Shown here one piece after another: positions 19,041 to 29,737 of a stretch of 64,000 nucleotides of DNA. The stretch covers positions 160,001-224,000 of the forward strand of contig JAOPTT010000004.1 of NCBI GenBank assembly GCA_051531975.1, given 5' to 3'. The stretch is from Spirochaetaceae bacterium. GTDB taxonomy: Bacteria > Spirochaetota > Spirochaetia > DSM-2461. The position numbers were made by a program, and so were the translations under genes. A model generated the notes under the pieces. It was not told the origin of the DNA, did no database searches, and saw only the letters and a program-made list of their open reading frames with translations. The stretch's first letter is position 1; every line of letters starts with the position of its first letter.

Positions 19041-21188
19041 ATGTTTGTGTTCAATAAAAATACTAAAAAACAATATTTATCTATTCTTACTCTAATAATA
19101 GTCATTTTATTAGTAAACTCATGTTCCCTTGGAAGGGTGTTTGGTCTCAAAAAAGAGGACTTTTTAGGAAAAGTTTCAAGAAAAGATTATGGTTTTTTGT
19201 CTGAAGTAGATTATTTAAAAAATAGTATTACTGAGATTAATAGACTAGGTGATGGTGCATCCTATTATATGTCTTTTGTTTATAAAAACAACAATATGCT
19301 ACTGTTTAGTAATAAGTTGTTATATCAGGAAATTCAAAATAAACATGCATTTTATGGACCTAAAGCTGCATTCCAACTTTTAAAACAACTCTTACACGAA
19401 AAGGATTATATTAAAGCAGAAGCACATGCTTTAGATTTTTATGATATCTATGATGGTGATTATCCTGGAATAAGAAAACAATATATCGAAGCTTTATATT
19501 GGCAGAGAAAAGATGACCAAGTTGTTCCATATATCTCAAACTTAGATAGATCTTTATATTCTGATTATTCTAATTATGAGTTAGATATGCTTAAGTGCGT
19601 ATCTAGTGCACGGTTAAACAGTTCAGATTGGGAAGATCAGTATAGATCACTTTTTTACAATCAACCTCTTTCTCACTTGTTAACTAGAGCTTATTCATTT
19701 ATAGATGTATACCCAGATTATGGTAAAGGATTTTCTAAGGATGAAAAATTAACGTTTAAAGCTCTTGCAGCTGCTAGTAGTGGAAAATATAATTCTGCTC
19801 AAGATATGTTAAGACCACTACTGTATAAAAATGCTGAAATATTCTCTACTAAACAATCAATTAAAAATGTATCAAAAATTATAAAATCTTCAAATGTTAT
19901 TACATTAAACTTAGACGCATTTTATTATGCTATGGAAAATAGTATTGATGACAGAAAAGATGATGCTCTTGTTGCATATGCCGCTCTGTTTTTCAAAAGA
20001 AATAGTTATAGAGCCGTTGTAGAACTATTGGAAGATTCATTAGAAGATATGCCGATTGGAAATACAAAGGATGATGGAATATGGTACTACCTTTTAAGTT
20101 TATCCCATGTAAAAACTGAAAGTGTTGTTTCAAATTTAAAGTTTTATGTTGGGCAACTAAGTGATAATAACTATGCTTCAGATATTATTGACCATGTAAT
20201 TACAGCTTTAGTTCAAAACAAAGAGTGGGATTCCGTTTTAGAAATAGAATCAGTTGTAAAAAAATCAGGATCAATCCAGGATCAGTCTAGAGTTTCGTGG
20301 ATATTATCTAGAATATATTTTCATAATTTTATCTACTCAGATAATAAAGAAAAAATAATAGAAGAGGCTCTTGATAGTATTGTTACGTCTGATAGTTCTT
20401 CCTATTACTCATATATTGCAAACGCTCTACTTAAAAGAGAGTCAAATCTGGTGCTATTAGAGCCAAAAGATTCTACAGAACTTACAGATGACGATTTTTG
20501 GATTCATGGTTTTTTAACTTATGGCTTGGAAGATGAATCACTACTTTTTACAAAACAAGTTAAGGACTTAAACTATGATGTTGCCATTGAGCTTGCTACA
20601 CTTTTAGATAGTGAAGATAAACATTTGGAAACATTAAGGTTTTTATCTAAAAGTAGTGTTCCTCTTAATTCAGAGAGTTTCCCTCTATATTATCCATTAC
20701 CTTATAAAGATAAGATTGTAGAAATAGCTTCTGCATATAATTTCCCAGCAACACTTTTTTCAGGTTTAATAAGAACTGAAAGTGGGTTTGATATGGACGT
20801 TGTCTCATCAGCTGGAGCTGTTGGTTTATCACAACTAATGCCTAGGACAGCTGTTGAACAAGCTACCGATCTAGGTTTAGGTACTCCTGATCTAACTGAT
20901 CCAGATATGAATATATTATTAGGTGGAACATATATCGATTGGTTAGTAGACCGATTTTATACTCTTTCAATATCTTGTATGGCATATAATGCCGGACCTG
21001 GTAATGTTTGGAGGTGGCAGAAACTGTGGGGAGATCTTCCCGATGAGCTATTTATAGAAGCCGCTCCTTTTAAAGAGACCCGAGATTATGTACCTAAAAT
21101 AGTTAGATCTGCAATTTATTATGGTCACGAAGAGTTCGATGTGACACCATATGATGTTGTTAAACAAATTTTTCCAGATATAGATTAA
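19041..21188 (+). CDS. Lipoprotein soluble lytic transglycosylase (possibly flagellar-assembly type)
   Basis: Lipobox LVNSC; SLT motifs IRTESGF, AVGLSQLMP, AYNAGPG, ETRDYV. Start moved to ATG 19041 after a GAAGGT SD. Confidence 0.88.
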   Translation: MFVFNKNTKKQYLSILTLIIVILLVNSCSLGRVFGLKKEDFLGKVSRKDYGFLSEVDYLKNSITEINRLGDGASYYMSFVYKNNNMLLFSNKLLYQEIQNKHAFYGPKAAFQLLKQLLHEKDYIKAEAHALDFYDIYDGDYPGIRKQYIEALYWQRKDDQVVPYISNLDRSLYSDYSNYELDMLKCVSSARLNSSDWEDQYRSLFYNQPLSHLLTRAYSFIDVYPDYGKGFSKDEKLTFKALAAASSGKYNSAQDMLRPLLYKNAEIFSTKQSIKNVSKIIKSSNVITLNLDAFYYAMENSIDDRKDDALVAYAALFFKRNSYRAVVELLEDSLEDMPIGNTKDDGIWYYLLSLSHVKTESVVSNLKFYVGQLSDNNYASDIIDHVITALVQNKEWDSVLEIESVVKKSGSIQDQSRVSWILSRIYFHNFIYSDNKEKIIEEALDSIVTSDSSSYYSYIANALLKRESNLVLLEPKDSTELTDDDFWIHGFLTYGLEDESLLFTKQVKDLNYDVAIELATLLDSEDKHLETLRFLSKSSVPLNSESFPLYYPLPYKDKIVEIASAYNFPATLFSGLIRTESGFDMDVVSSAGAVGLSQLMPRTAVEQATDLGLGTPDLTDPDMNILLGGTYIDWLVDRFYTLSISCMAYNAGPGNVWRWQKLWGDLPDELFIEAAPFKETRDYVPKIVRSAIYYGHEEFDVTPYDVVKQIFPDID

Positions 21189-21205
21189 TAAAATAAGAGG
21201 AATTC

Positions 21206-21997
21206 ATGAATTATTTACAAGCTTTAATTTTAAGTGTTATACAAGGGATTGCAGAATTTCTTCCAATTTCAAGTTCGGGGCACCTGTTTATATTGCGACA
21301 TTTTATGGAGCTACAAGATGTTCCAGTGCTTTTTGATATATTACTTCACTTAGCTACTTTAGTAGTTATTTTTGTTGTTTTTAGAAAACGTATTTGGTCA
21401 CTAATTAAGGTTTTAACTGAGCTAAATAAATTAAAAACTGATAATGATGTAAAACAGAGATTTAATGTTATTTTATTAATCCTATTAACAACCTTTATTA
21501 CTGCAGTCATAGGTCTCTTTTTTAATAATATGGATATTCAAAATCCAAAAGTTGCTTACGCTTTATTTATTTTCACGGGAGCTTTTTTAATCGCAGGTAA
21601 ATATTTAAATGGTAAAACTCCATTTCAAGAAGCAGGACTAAAAAGTTCAATTTTAATTGGTATTTCCCAAGGTATTGGTGTATTACCAGGTGTTTCAAGA
21701 TCTGGAATTACAATAACTACTGGTATTTTCTCTGGTCTTAGTAGAGAAGCTGCTTCTGAGTACTCATTTATTATTGCTATTCCAGCTATATTAGGAGCAG
21801 TAATATTAGATATTGGTGATAGTGGGGAGCTTTTAAGTGTTGTTGCCCTTCCTGTTCTTATCTTTTCATTTGTTACAACAATGGTTGTTGGCTATTTCTC
21901 TTTGAAGTTGCTTTTAAAACTACTAAATTCTGGAAAATTTCATTTCTTTAGTTTTTATCTTATACCTATTGGGATTTTAGGGTTAATTTTAGGTTAA
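21206..21997 (+). CDS. uppP: Undecaprenyl-diphosphate phosphatase (BacA)
   Basis: QGIAEFLPISSSGH, PGVSRSG, EYSF; hydrophobic. Confidence 0.95.
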   Translation: MNYLQALILSVIQGIAEFLPISSSGHLFILRHFMELQDVPVLFDILLHLATLVVIFVVFRKRIWSLIKVLTELNKLKTDNDVKQRFNVILLILLTTFITAVIGLFFNNMDIQNPKVAYALFIFTGAFLIAGKYLNGKTPFQEAGLKSSILIGISQGIGVLPGVSRSGITITTGIFSGLSREAASEYSFIIAIPAILGAVILDIGDSGELLSVVALPVLIFSFVTTMVVGYFSLKLLLKLLNSGKFHFFSFYLIPIGILGLILG

Positions 21998-22040
21998 ATA
22001 TCCTTTTTATCTACCGATAAATATAAGAAGGAGAACTTAA

Positions 22041-24755
22041 TTGTTAAAGAAACAAGACATAATTGCTGCCTATTCATTGGTGATCATAGGTACTTTACAG
22101 CTTATATTATTATTATTAACTATATTAGGATTCAGAGGAGATATTTTTACTGCTCTATTATATAACTCCTTTCATATAGCTGCTGTTTATATTCCAGGAC
22201 TACTTTTTTTTGGTGCATATTTAATTGTAAAAAAACCTCTCGATAAGTTACTTTTTTTTAGCTCTATCGCCTCTATATTTATGTTTTTCCCAATTTCAAC
22301 CATATTGAAAATTCTGTTTTCAGATAAAAAAGATCCAGTAATCAATTTTTTTCATGAGCACTTTGATACTGCTAATAGTAACCTTGGTTCTGTTTTTATT
22401 TTATTAGGTATTACAGCAATATTAGCACTCTCTGCTAAAATTGTTATAAAAAGGCAATTAACTGAAGATGTTGAAGAAGATGAAGAATCTCCAATTCTGG
22501 ATGATATAACTGCTATGTCTACTAAGACAGATGAGTCAGCTATAGTTACTATCGCAAAAAATATTGATTCAAATTTTGCCTATGGTAATATCTACTCTGA
22601 AGTTGATCCAGATATTGATGATCTTAGTTCTGATAAAGATATATTAAATAGAGAAGAAACAGAATTTGAAAAAAACTCAATAAGTCCTGAAGAAGATTTT
22701 TTAGAAGAGTCTGATTTAGAAGAACCTGATTCAGAAGAAAGTTTAGGATTCCAGATCGATCAAATACGTAGTGAGATTAATGAGTATTATGTTAATGAAG
22801 AAAAAAAAGAGGAGATTGCCAAGAATATTCCTTTTGAGGAACCTATTTTTCCCGATAGTACAGAAGAGGTAGACATCGATGCATTAGACGCATCTAATAA
22901 CGCCTTATCTGACATGATTGAAACAGAATTAACAAAAGAAGAAAGTGATTACATTGATAGTTTTGATGAGTTTGAAACATTTAATGTTAATCAGGGTGTA
23001 ATTATGGAAGAGGATCCAGCTTTGGCTTTTCTTGCTGATGATTCAGAACATGACTACATTGATGAACCACCTATAACTGATGAGTGGTTTAGTAAGGATT
23101 TGGTGGCAGATGTTGAAATTGAACCAGAAGTTGAATCAGAAGTTGAATCAGAAGTTGAATCAGAACCGATAATTGAACTAGAACAGGTAATTGAATCAGA
23201 ACCGATAATTGACCCAGAAATAATACCAGAAATAATACCAGAAATTGAACCAGTAACCAGAGTTCTTGAACCTGAGGGAAAAACATATAGTCAAATTAAC
23301 CCAACATCAAATGATTATATTGTTCCTATAGAAGGAATTTTATCTTTAAAATCGGACCATTCATACGAAGAGATCGATGAAGCAACAAAAAGATCAGCAG
23401 CTATATTAGAACAAACTCTAGAAGAGTTTAATATAAAAGGTAAGGTCACAGGAATAAAAAAAGGTCCAGTTATTACTATGTTTGAACTACTTCCTGCACC
23501 AGGTGTTAAACTATCAAAAATTGTAAATCTTTCAGATAATATTGCTCTTGGACTAGCTGCATCTAATGTTAGGATTGTTGCTCCTATTCCAGGAAAACAT
23601 GCTGTTGGTATTGAGGTTCCAAATAAAAAAAGATCTATTGTAACTTTTAGTGAGTTAATCGATGCTAAAGAAGACTCTTATGATGATAGTGCCATTCCGA
23701 TTGTATTGGGTAAGAGTATAAATGGTGATAATAAAATAATTGATCTTGCAAAAACACCCCATTTATTAATAGCTGGAGCTACTGGGGCTGGTAAATCAGT
23801 ATGTGTTAACTCTTTAATATGTTCCATACTGTGTAAAAGATCTCATAACGATGTAAAGCTAATAATGGTTGATCCAAAAATTGTTGAGTTAAAATTATAT
23901 AATGGTATTCCTCATCTATTAACTCCTGTTATTACAGACCCAAAACGAGCATTTCAGGCAATTCAGTGGTGTCTTTTTGAAATGGAAAGACGATACGCTC
24001 TCTTAGACTCTATGGGTGTAAGAGATATTACAACCTATAACAAACGAATTAAAGAGCAGAATATAGCAACTACTAAGATCCCATATTTAGTGCTTATTGT
24101 AGATGAGTTTGCCGACTTAATGGCTACATCAGGTAAAGAACTGGAAGGTATATTAGCCCGTTTAGCAGCTATGAGTAGAGCTGTAGGGATACATTTAGTA
24201 TTAGCAACACAAAGACCATCAATAGATGTTATTACAGGTCTGATTAAGGCCAATTTCCCATCTAGAATTGCTTTTATGGTATCAAGTAAGACAGACTCAA
24301 GAATCATTTTAGATGGTATGGGAGCAGAGAAACTATTAGGTCGTGGAGATATGCTCTTTTCATCATCATGGGATCCATTTCCTGTTAGAATTCAGGGTTC
24401 ATTTTTATCTGATGAAGAGGTAGAAAGTGTTGTTGATTATGTTAAACAGCTTGGAGAACCAGATTATATTGACGATGAAATATTTATTGATGACGATGAA
24501 GAGGGTGAAGAAGAAACTGATAAATCATTTTTTGGTGATGACCCACTTTATAATAGAGCATTAGAAATTGTAATAACAGCAAAAAAGGCTTCAGCATCAT
24601 TTTTACAGCGGAGACTTAAGATTGGTTACAATAGAGCAGCTCGTCTGGTTGAAGAGATGGAAGAGAGAGGAATTATTGGGCCTCAAAATGGTAGTAAACC
24701 AAGAGATATCTTAAAAATACCAGATAGTCACAAAGAGGTGAGTGATTATGTATAA
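22041..24755 (+). CDS. ftsK: DNA translocase FtsK
   Basis: N-terminal TMs, acidic linker, GATGAGKS Walker A, LIVDEFADLM, ATQRPS, gamma domain LQRRLKIGYNRAARL; TTG start with AAGGAG SD. Confidence 0.96.
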   Translation: MLKKQDIIAAYSLVIIGTLQLILLLLTILGFRGDIFTALLYNSFHIAAVYIPGLLFFGAYLIVKKPLDKLLFFSSIASIFMFFPISTILKILFSDKKDPVINFFHEHFDTANSNLGSVFILLGITAILALSAKIVIKRQLTEDVEEDEESPILDDITAMSTKTDESAIVTIAKNIDSNFAYGNIYSEVDPDIDDLSSDKDILNREETEFEKNSISPEEDFLEESDLEEPDSEESLGFQIDQIRSEINEYYVNEEKKEEIAKNIPFEEPIFPDSTEEVDIDALDASNNALSDMIETELTKEESDYIDSFDEFETFNVNQGVIMEEDPALAFLADDSEHDYIDEPPITDEWFSKDLVADVEIEPEVESEVESEVESEPIIELEQVIESEPIIDPEIIPEIIPEIEPVTRVLEPEGKTYSQINPTSNDYIVPIEGILSLKSDHSYEEIDEATKRSAAILEQTLEEFNIKGKVTGIKKGPVITMFELLPAPGVKLSKIVNLSDNIALGLAASNVRIVAPIPGKHAVGIEVPNKKRSIVTFSELIDAKEDSYDDSAIPIVLGKSINGDNKIIDLAKTPHLLIAGATGAGKSVCVNSLICSILCKRSHNDVKLIMVDPKIVELKLYNGIPHLLTPVITDPKRAFQAIQWCLFEMERRYALLDSMGVRDITTYNKRIKEQNIATTKIPYLVLIVDEFADLMATSGKELEGILARLAAMSRAVGIHLVLATQRPSIDVITGLIKANFPSRIAFMVSSKTDSRIILDGMGAEKLLGRGDMLFSSSWDPFPVRIQGSFLSDEEVESVVDYVKQLGEPDYIDDEIFIDDDEEGEEETDKSFFGDDPLYNRALEIVITAKKASASFLQRRLKIGYNRAARLVEEMEERGIIGPQNGSKPRDILKIPDSHKEVSDYV
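23125..23250 (+). repeat. In-frame tandem repeats in the FtsK linker
   Basis: CAGAAGTTGAAT x3 (23125-23160); TTGAATCAGAACCGATAATTGA x2; CCAGAAATAATA x2. They encode EVES, ESEPII and PEII repeats. Confidence 0.85.
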
Positions 24756-25551
24756 TAAATATGAATTTTTTAACAACTCTATTAAAGTGACTGCTCATCG
24801 TGGGGATTCTAAATATTTCCCAGAGAACTCAATGCAGGCATTTCAAAGTGCTGTTGATCTTGGGGTTGATGTTATTGAAACAGATGTTCATATCAGTTCC
24901 GATGGAGTTGTATTTGTATGGCATGATGATAATTCCTTCAAATTAGATGGTAATACTGCTAATATTGCAACTAGAAGTTGGAGTGAATTAAAAGACCTAG
25001 ATCTAGGTTTTCTATTTGTTGATAATGATGGTAAAAGGCCATTTTCAAGTCAAGGTATTCGTTTAATGAAATTCATAGACGTATTAAAAATTTTTCCAAA
25101 AACTAGATTTAATGTAGATTTAAAAGATAAAAATAGTAAGCTTGTAACTGGTATGTTTAATATCTTAAAAGAAGAAAATGCCTTTAATCGAGTCGTAGTT
25201 GCATCTTTTCACACTGAAAATCTGAAAGCAATACGTAGAATGTCAAATAAAGTTGCAACATCTTATGGACGATCTGAAGTTCGACTTAGGGTTATTTTAT
25301 CAAATATAGGGCTTCTTAGAGCAGCTTCTAGATTTTTAGGAAGATCCCCAGTAATGCAGGTGCCTGTTATTTCTGGTTCTACTACCGTTATTACAAAGTA
25401 TTTTATTAAAGTCCTACATAAACGTGGAATAAAAGTACAAGTTTGGACCATAAATGAAGAAGATGAGATGCGACGATTATATAAAATGGGTGTTGATGGT
25501 GTTATGACCGATGATCCTAGATTATTACTTAGCGTCGTACAAAACCCATAG
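24748..25551 (+). CDS. Glycerophosphodiester phosphodiesterase
   Basis: AHRG...PENS, IETDVH, NVDLK, ASFH, VWTIN, GVMTD. ATG 24748 lies 7 nt after GAGGTG. Confidence 0.92.
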   Translation: MYNKYEFFNNSIKVTAHRGDSKYFPENSMQAFQSAVDLGVDVIETDVHISSDGVVFVWHDDNSFKLDGNTANIATRSWSELKDLDLGFLFVDNDGKRPFSSQGIRLMKFIDVLKIFPKTRFNVDLKDKNSKLVTGMFNILKEENAFNRVVVASFHTENLKAIRRMSNKVATSYGRSEVRLRVILSNIGLLRAASRFLGRSPVMQVPVISGSTTVITKYFIKVLHKRGIKVQVWTINEEDEMRRLYKMGVDGVMTDDPRLLLSVVQNP

Positions 25552-26013
25552 ATCTATAAAGGTTTTATATGTAGACATTATTGATATTAACTCGAATTCT
25601 TCATCTATTATATTAACAGAACTTGTAACTAAATCCTCTGTTATAATTTTATAAAGAGCAGCACCATTATTATTTTTAAAATAATAGCTGTTCTTATAAA
25701 TAACTTTTCTGTTTTGTATAATGGTACCAGTAATTATTGTGGTATCTCCTCTGAAAGAACTATCTAGAAAATTAAAATATATAATTTTATCAGCTGGATA
25801 TTCAACTAGTGTAGGAATAGTTAAAAAGAAGAAATTAGGAGTAACATTCAGAGAAGTTCCATCAGATTTTAATTTAATATCTGAACTCCAAAACTCACTC
25901 TCCAAAATTTCTTGGCTTTTAGTTTGCGGGATTTGTTCAATTAGTTTAAAACCTATTTTAAATAACAAGATTCCAAATACAAATAAAACGATTAAAACTA
26001 ATTTGTTTTTCAT
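25525..26013 (-). CDS. Hypothetical membrane-anchored protein
   Basis: N-terminal hydrophobic segment; starts 4 nt after the upstream stop; no recognised motif. Confidence 0.55.
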   Translation of the reverse strand: MKNKLVLIVLFVFGILLFKIGFKLIEQIPQTKSQEILESEFWSSDIKLKSDGTSLNVTPNFFFLTIPTLVEYPADKIIYFNFLDSSFRGDTTIITGTIIQNRKVIYKNSYYFKNNNGAALYKIITEDLVTSSVNIIDEEFELISIMSTYKTFIDLWVLYDAK

Positions 26014-26017
26014 GAGT

Positions 26018-26716
26018 TTATTTTAGGAAGGAAAGAAGATAATAGCCAGCCTCTTGCAACATGTTTTTATGTTTTTTGAATTCAGGATCCAATGTTGCTA
26101 CTAAATTCCAAAATTTTGTGGAATGATCTAAATGTTTTAGATGGCATACTTCGTGGATTACTAGATATTCAATTAGTTTTATATCTGTTAAGATTACTTT
26201 CCAATTATAGTTAAGATTATTTTTTCCACTACAACTTCCCCATCTTGTTTTTTGCTCTTTTATGAAGATTTTATTGTATTCAAGTTTCATCATTATAGTA
26301 TACTTATCTGTTAAATTTGTTAGAATCTCTCTTGCCTGTTCTCGATACCATTTATTTAATAGTTTATTTTTATCATTAGTATTCTCTGGTAGAAGTAAAG
26401 AATTATTAACATTTTTTATTCCTCTTTTATGTGTCCCTTGTAATAACTGAAGTTTTTCTCCTAAAAAAGGAACTGTTGTCCCTATTTCTAATGAATATTG
26501 AATTTTATTGCTTTTTGCTCTAAGGAGTTTTGTATTTATCCATTCTGTCTGATTTGTTATGAATTTCTTGATATTAGACTGCAATAAAAATTTTGGGGCT
26601 CTAACTTCCATATCTCCTACAGTATTTATAGATAAAGTCATGCTTTTCCGGTTACTTCGTATTAAATTAATGGGTATTTGTTCGTCTTTATATAAAAAAT
26701 GTAGCTTTTTCTCCAT
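26018..26716 (-). CDS. M48/SprT-like (YgjP/DUF45) zinc-dependent hydrolase
   Basis: RWGSCS, YLVIHEVCHL (HExxH), HSTKFW. Confidence 0.9.
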   Translation of the reverse strand: MEKKLHFLYKDEQIPINLIRSNRKSMTLSINTVGDMEVRAPKFLLQSNIKKFITNQTEWINTKLLRAKSNKIQYSLEIGTTVPFLGEKLQLLQGTHKRGIKNVNNSLLLPENTNDKNKLLNKWYREQAREILTNLTDKYTIMMKLEYNKIFIKEQKTRWGSCSGKNNLNYNWKVILTDIKLIEYLVIHEVCHLKHLDHSTKFWNLVATLDPEFKKHKNMLQEAGYYLLSFLK

Positions 26717-26765
26717 GTTGGGATCCTATCTTTTATTCGACGAAACCTCAATATAAAATCAAAGC

Positions 26766-26795
26766 TTGCTATAAACTTGGAAGGTATAGTATAAT
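26766..26795 (+). promoter_or_regulatory. Sigma70 promoter, leaderless-type, for trkHA
   Basis: TTGCTA-N18-TATAAT ending 7 nt before ATG 26803; no SD. Confidence 0.55.
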
Positions 26796-26802
26796 TCCGG
26801 CA

Positions 26803-28284
26803 ATGCGAAAGAATGAAAATCTCAGCACAATATTAAATATGCTGGGCACTCTAACCTTAGTTATGGGGGGGTTACTTTTACTCCCAATATTTTTTGCCAT
26901 AGGTATTAAAGAGTATTCCTTAATCGACTCATTTTTAATCTCTTCTGGTATAGCTTTAATAGTAGGAGCAATCTTAAGATTCTCATTTAAACATTATAGA
27001 ATTGATTTTAAAGGTAGTATGTTAATATGTGGATTAGCTTGGGTTCAGTTATGTATCTTTGCAGCTTTACCATTCTTTTTTGAGACTGGAAAATCTTTCC
27101 TGGATTGTTATTTTGAGACGGTTAGTGGTTTTACAACTACTGGAATAACCATATATACAAATATTGAATCATTAGATAAAACAATAATTTTATGGAGAAG
27201 TTTTACTCAATGGTTAGGTGGACTTGGAATAATTACATTTTTCCTAGCTATAGCTGCAAACTCAGGTAGTGGCTTTTCTCATCTACTTTCCGCGGAATCT
27301 CATAAAATTGACTCTGCAAGATTAACTCCTAGTGTAAAAAAAACAGCAATGATTTTATGGGGTGTTTATATAGGTATTTCTATATTTCAGATCATAACAT
27401 TAAAACTATTAGGAATGTCATTTTTTGATTCTGTTAACCATACTATGACTGCACTTTCTACTGGTGGATTCTCCCCCTATGATTCTAGTATTAATCATTT
27501 CAGATTAGCTGGATATAAAAACTATAAACAGATTGAGTACGCTTTAACATTTTTTATGTTTTTAGGTGGAATGAACTTTGTCCTTCACTTTAAATTCTTA
27601 AAAGGTCATTTTAAAGAGTTTTTTACAAATAGAGAACTTCAAACATATTTTCTTATTGTATTAGTAACTACGCTATTAATTATAGCTAATATATTTTTCA
27701 GATCTATAAATCCAAATTCACTAGACCCAGAAGAGAGTTTTAGAAGATCAATATTTACTGTTGTATCTATTTTAACTACTACAGGATTTGGAACCGAAGA
27801 TATAAACTCCCTCTATTTCCCAGCTTTTGCTAAGCAGGTGTTCCTATTACTTATGGTTGTTGGTGGCTGTATCGGATCTACAGCTGGTGGTATTAAAGTA
27901 CAAAGGGTAATTATTTTATGGCGGTTATTTCTTAGGCAGATTAAAAGACTTAGACTACCTAGAACCGCACTTTCATATGTAAAATATCAAGGAGTTCTTG
28001 TCAGTCTAGATGAACTACAAAGAATTGCTGGACTGTTTACAGGTTGGTTAATATTTTTAGCTTTTGGTGGTTTTATAACTGCATTTTTTACAGATTTAAG
28101 TGGATGGGCCGCTTTTTCTGGAATGTTCTCTGCAATGGGAAATATTGGTCCATGTTTTTTTAGTGTTGATACAATGTCTAATTTACCAGCTGTGGTAAAG
28201 ATAACTTATATAATTGGAATGTTAGCTGGTAGACTTGAAATTCTACCAATACTTTTAATCTTTAGCCGAAGAGCTTGGAGATAA
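26803..28284 (+). CDS. trkH: Trk potassium uptake membrane protein
   Basis: FETVSGFTTTG, QWLGGLG, STGGF, TTTGF, GSTAGGIK, GNIGP, GRLE. Confidence 0.95.
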   Translation: MRKNENLSTILNMLGTLTLVMGGLLLLPIFFAIGIKEYSLIDSFLISSGIALIVGAILRFSFKHYRIDFKGSMLICGLAWVQLCIFAALPFFFETGKSFLDCYFETVSGFTTTGITIYTNIESLDKTIILWRSFTQWLGGLGIITFFLAIAANSGSGFSHLLSAESHKIDSARLTPSVKKTAMILWGVYIGISIFQIITLKLLGMSFFDSVNHTMTALSTGGFSPYDSSINHFRLAGYKNYKQIEYALTFFMFLGGMNFVLHFKFLKGHFKEFFTNRELQTYFLIVLVTTLLIIANIFFRSINPNSLDPEESFRRSIFTVVSILTTTGFGTEDINSLYFPAFAKQVFLLLMVVGGCIGSTAGGIKVQRVIILWRLFLRQIKRLRLPRTALSYVKYQGVLVSLDELQRIAGLFTGWLIFLAFGGFITAFFTDLSGWAAFSGMFSAMGNIGPCFFSVDTMSNLPAVVKITYIIGMLAGRLEILPILLIFSRRAWR

Positions 28285-28306
28285 AGGTAAACTTAAGGAG
28301 TTTGAT

Positions 28307-28972
28307 TTGTATATTTTAATTGCTGGTGGTGGTTTAGTTGGTAAAGGTCTTGCAAAGACTTTAACTTCAGGGAAACATGATGTTGTAATAATTGATAGTA
28401 ATGCTGAAGTATGTAGAGAGTTATATTCATCTACAGGGGCTGTTACAGTTACTGGAAGTGCCACAGATTTAAATGTATTAGAAGATGCAGGTATCGACAA
28501 GGCGGATGTTTGTATCGGTGTACTAGATAATGATTCTGACAATATCTCATTTGCACTTTTAGCTAAATTTAAGAAGATAAAACAAGTCCAGGTTCAGATG
28601 ATTGATCCTAAATATGAAGATGTATATAAAAGTATTGGAATAGAGCATATCGCAAGGGCTACAGAGTTATTAATTGATCAATTAATTGTTAGTATTGAAA
28701 GTCCTGATCTTAGGAAACTTATAGGATTTGGAGAACTTGAACTCTGTATAATTAATGTCCCTATTGGTTCTATAATATCAGATCTATCAGTTATTCAATT
28801 TAAAGAAGTAAAAGGTATACCTGAAGATCTAAATATTACATGTATCTATGATGGAGATTCTGGAGAACTTATTTTGCCTAATAAAGATACTATAATTAAA
28901 GGTAATGATAGATTGTTTATTTGTGGAACCAGGCAAAACCTTAAACTAACAGCTAAGATAATAAACAAATAG
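28307..28972 (+). CDS. trkA: Trk potassium uptake NAD-binding regulatory subunit
   Basis: IAGGGLVG RCK_N motif plus RCK_C domain; TTG start with AAGGAG SD; adjacent to trkH. Confidence 0.9.
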   Translation: MYILIAGGGLVGKGLAKTLTSGKHDVVIIDSNAEVCRELYSSTGAVTVTGSATDLNVLEDAGIDKADVCIGVLDNDSDNISFALLAKFKKIKQVQVQMIDPKYEDVYKSIGIEHIARATELLIDQLIVSIESPDLRKLIGFGELELCIINVPIGSIISDLSVIQFKEVKGIPEDLNITCIYDGDSGELILPNKDTIIKGNDRLFICGTRQNLKLTAKIINK

Positions 28973-28974
28973 TA

Positions 28975-29724
28975 TTATTCTTGTTTGTTTTTATTAAAAT
29001 ATGCACCAGAAATATTAGCTAGTTCAGAATTTGTAGCAAGATTGATTGAAGGTTTTGCTCCATCTTGTGCATTTGGTAATATCTTATACAAAAGTTTATT
29101 TAACCAAGTAGGGTAGTCTCTAAATACTTCCGATGCTATAACTCCAGGGTGAACACTGTTAACAGTTATATTAGTATCTTTTAGTGTTTCTGCTAGCTCT
29201 TTTGTATAATTAACTACTGCAAGTTTACTGTTTGCATATTGTTGGAATCCTCTATATTTTTTAGGTGGAATTAATACGTCTTTTATCTCTTTTCCTTTTT
29301 TATGAACCATAGATGAAACATTTATTATTCTGCCTTGCTCTGATATCTTTAACAGTGGTAGAAGATTCTCAGACATATATTTGGGAGCTAAATAGTTTAC
29401 AGCTATATTCATCTCAATTCCTACTGAATTAAGTTCTAATTCCGAATTAAATAATCCAGCATTGTTTATTAGAACATCCACCCTGTCTACTGATAATGAT
29501 ATCTTATCTGTTGCGCTTTTAATTTCATCCTTGTTACTAAGATCAGCAAATATCATTGAGATCTCTTTGTTTTGTGACTCACAAATTATATCTGTTAATG
29601 ATTCTTTAGATTTATGGCTATCTCTGTTTATTAAAATAAGTTTATGACCTAGTTTTGCTAAACCAATAGCAGTCTCTTTACCTATTCCTGAACTTGTTCC
29701 TGTTATCACAATTATTTTTTTCAT
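28975..29724 (-). CDS. Short-chain dehydrogenase/reductase (retinol dehydrogenase-like)
   Basis: ITGTSSGIG, NNAG, NVSS, YANSK, HPG. Start moved to the MKKIIVITG ATG at 29724. Confidence 0.92.
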   Translation of the reverse strand: MKKIIVITGTSSGIGKETAIGLAKLGHKLILINRDSHKSKESLTDIICESQNKEISMIFADLSNKDEIKSATDKISLSVDRVDVLINNAGLFNSELELNSVGIEMNIAVNYLAPKYMSENLLPLLKISEQGRIINVSSMVHKKGKEIKDVLIPPKKYRGFQQYANSKLAVVNYTKELAETLKDTNITVNSVHPGVIASEVFRDYPTWLNKLLYKILPNAQDGAKPSINLATNSELANISGAYFNKNKQE

Positions 29725-29737
29725 ATTTTTTCCCATT

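Noticed and set aside
23125..23250. CRISPR-like array
   Set aside because: The repeats are short, in frame within ftsK and lack unique spacers; there are no cas genes.
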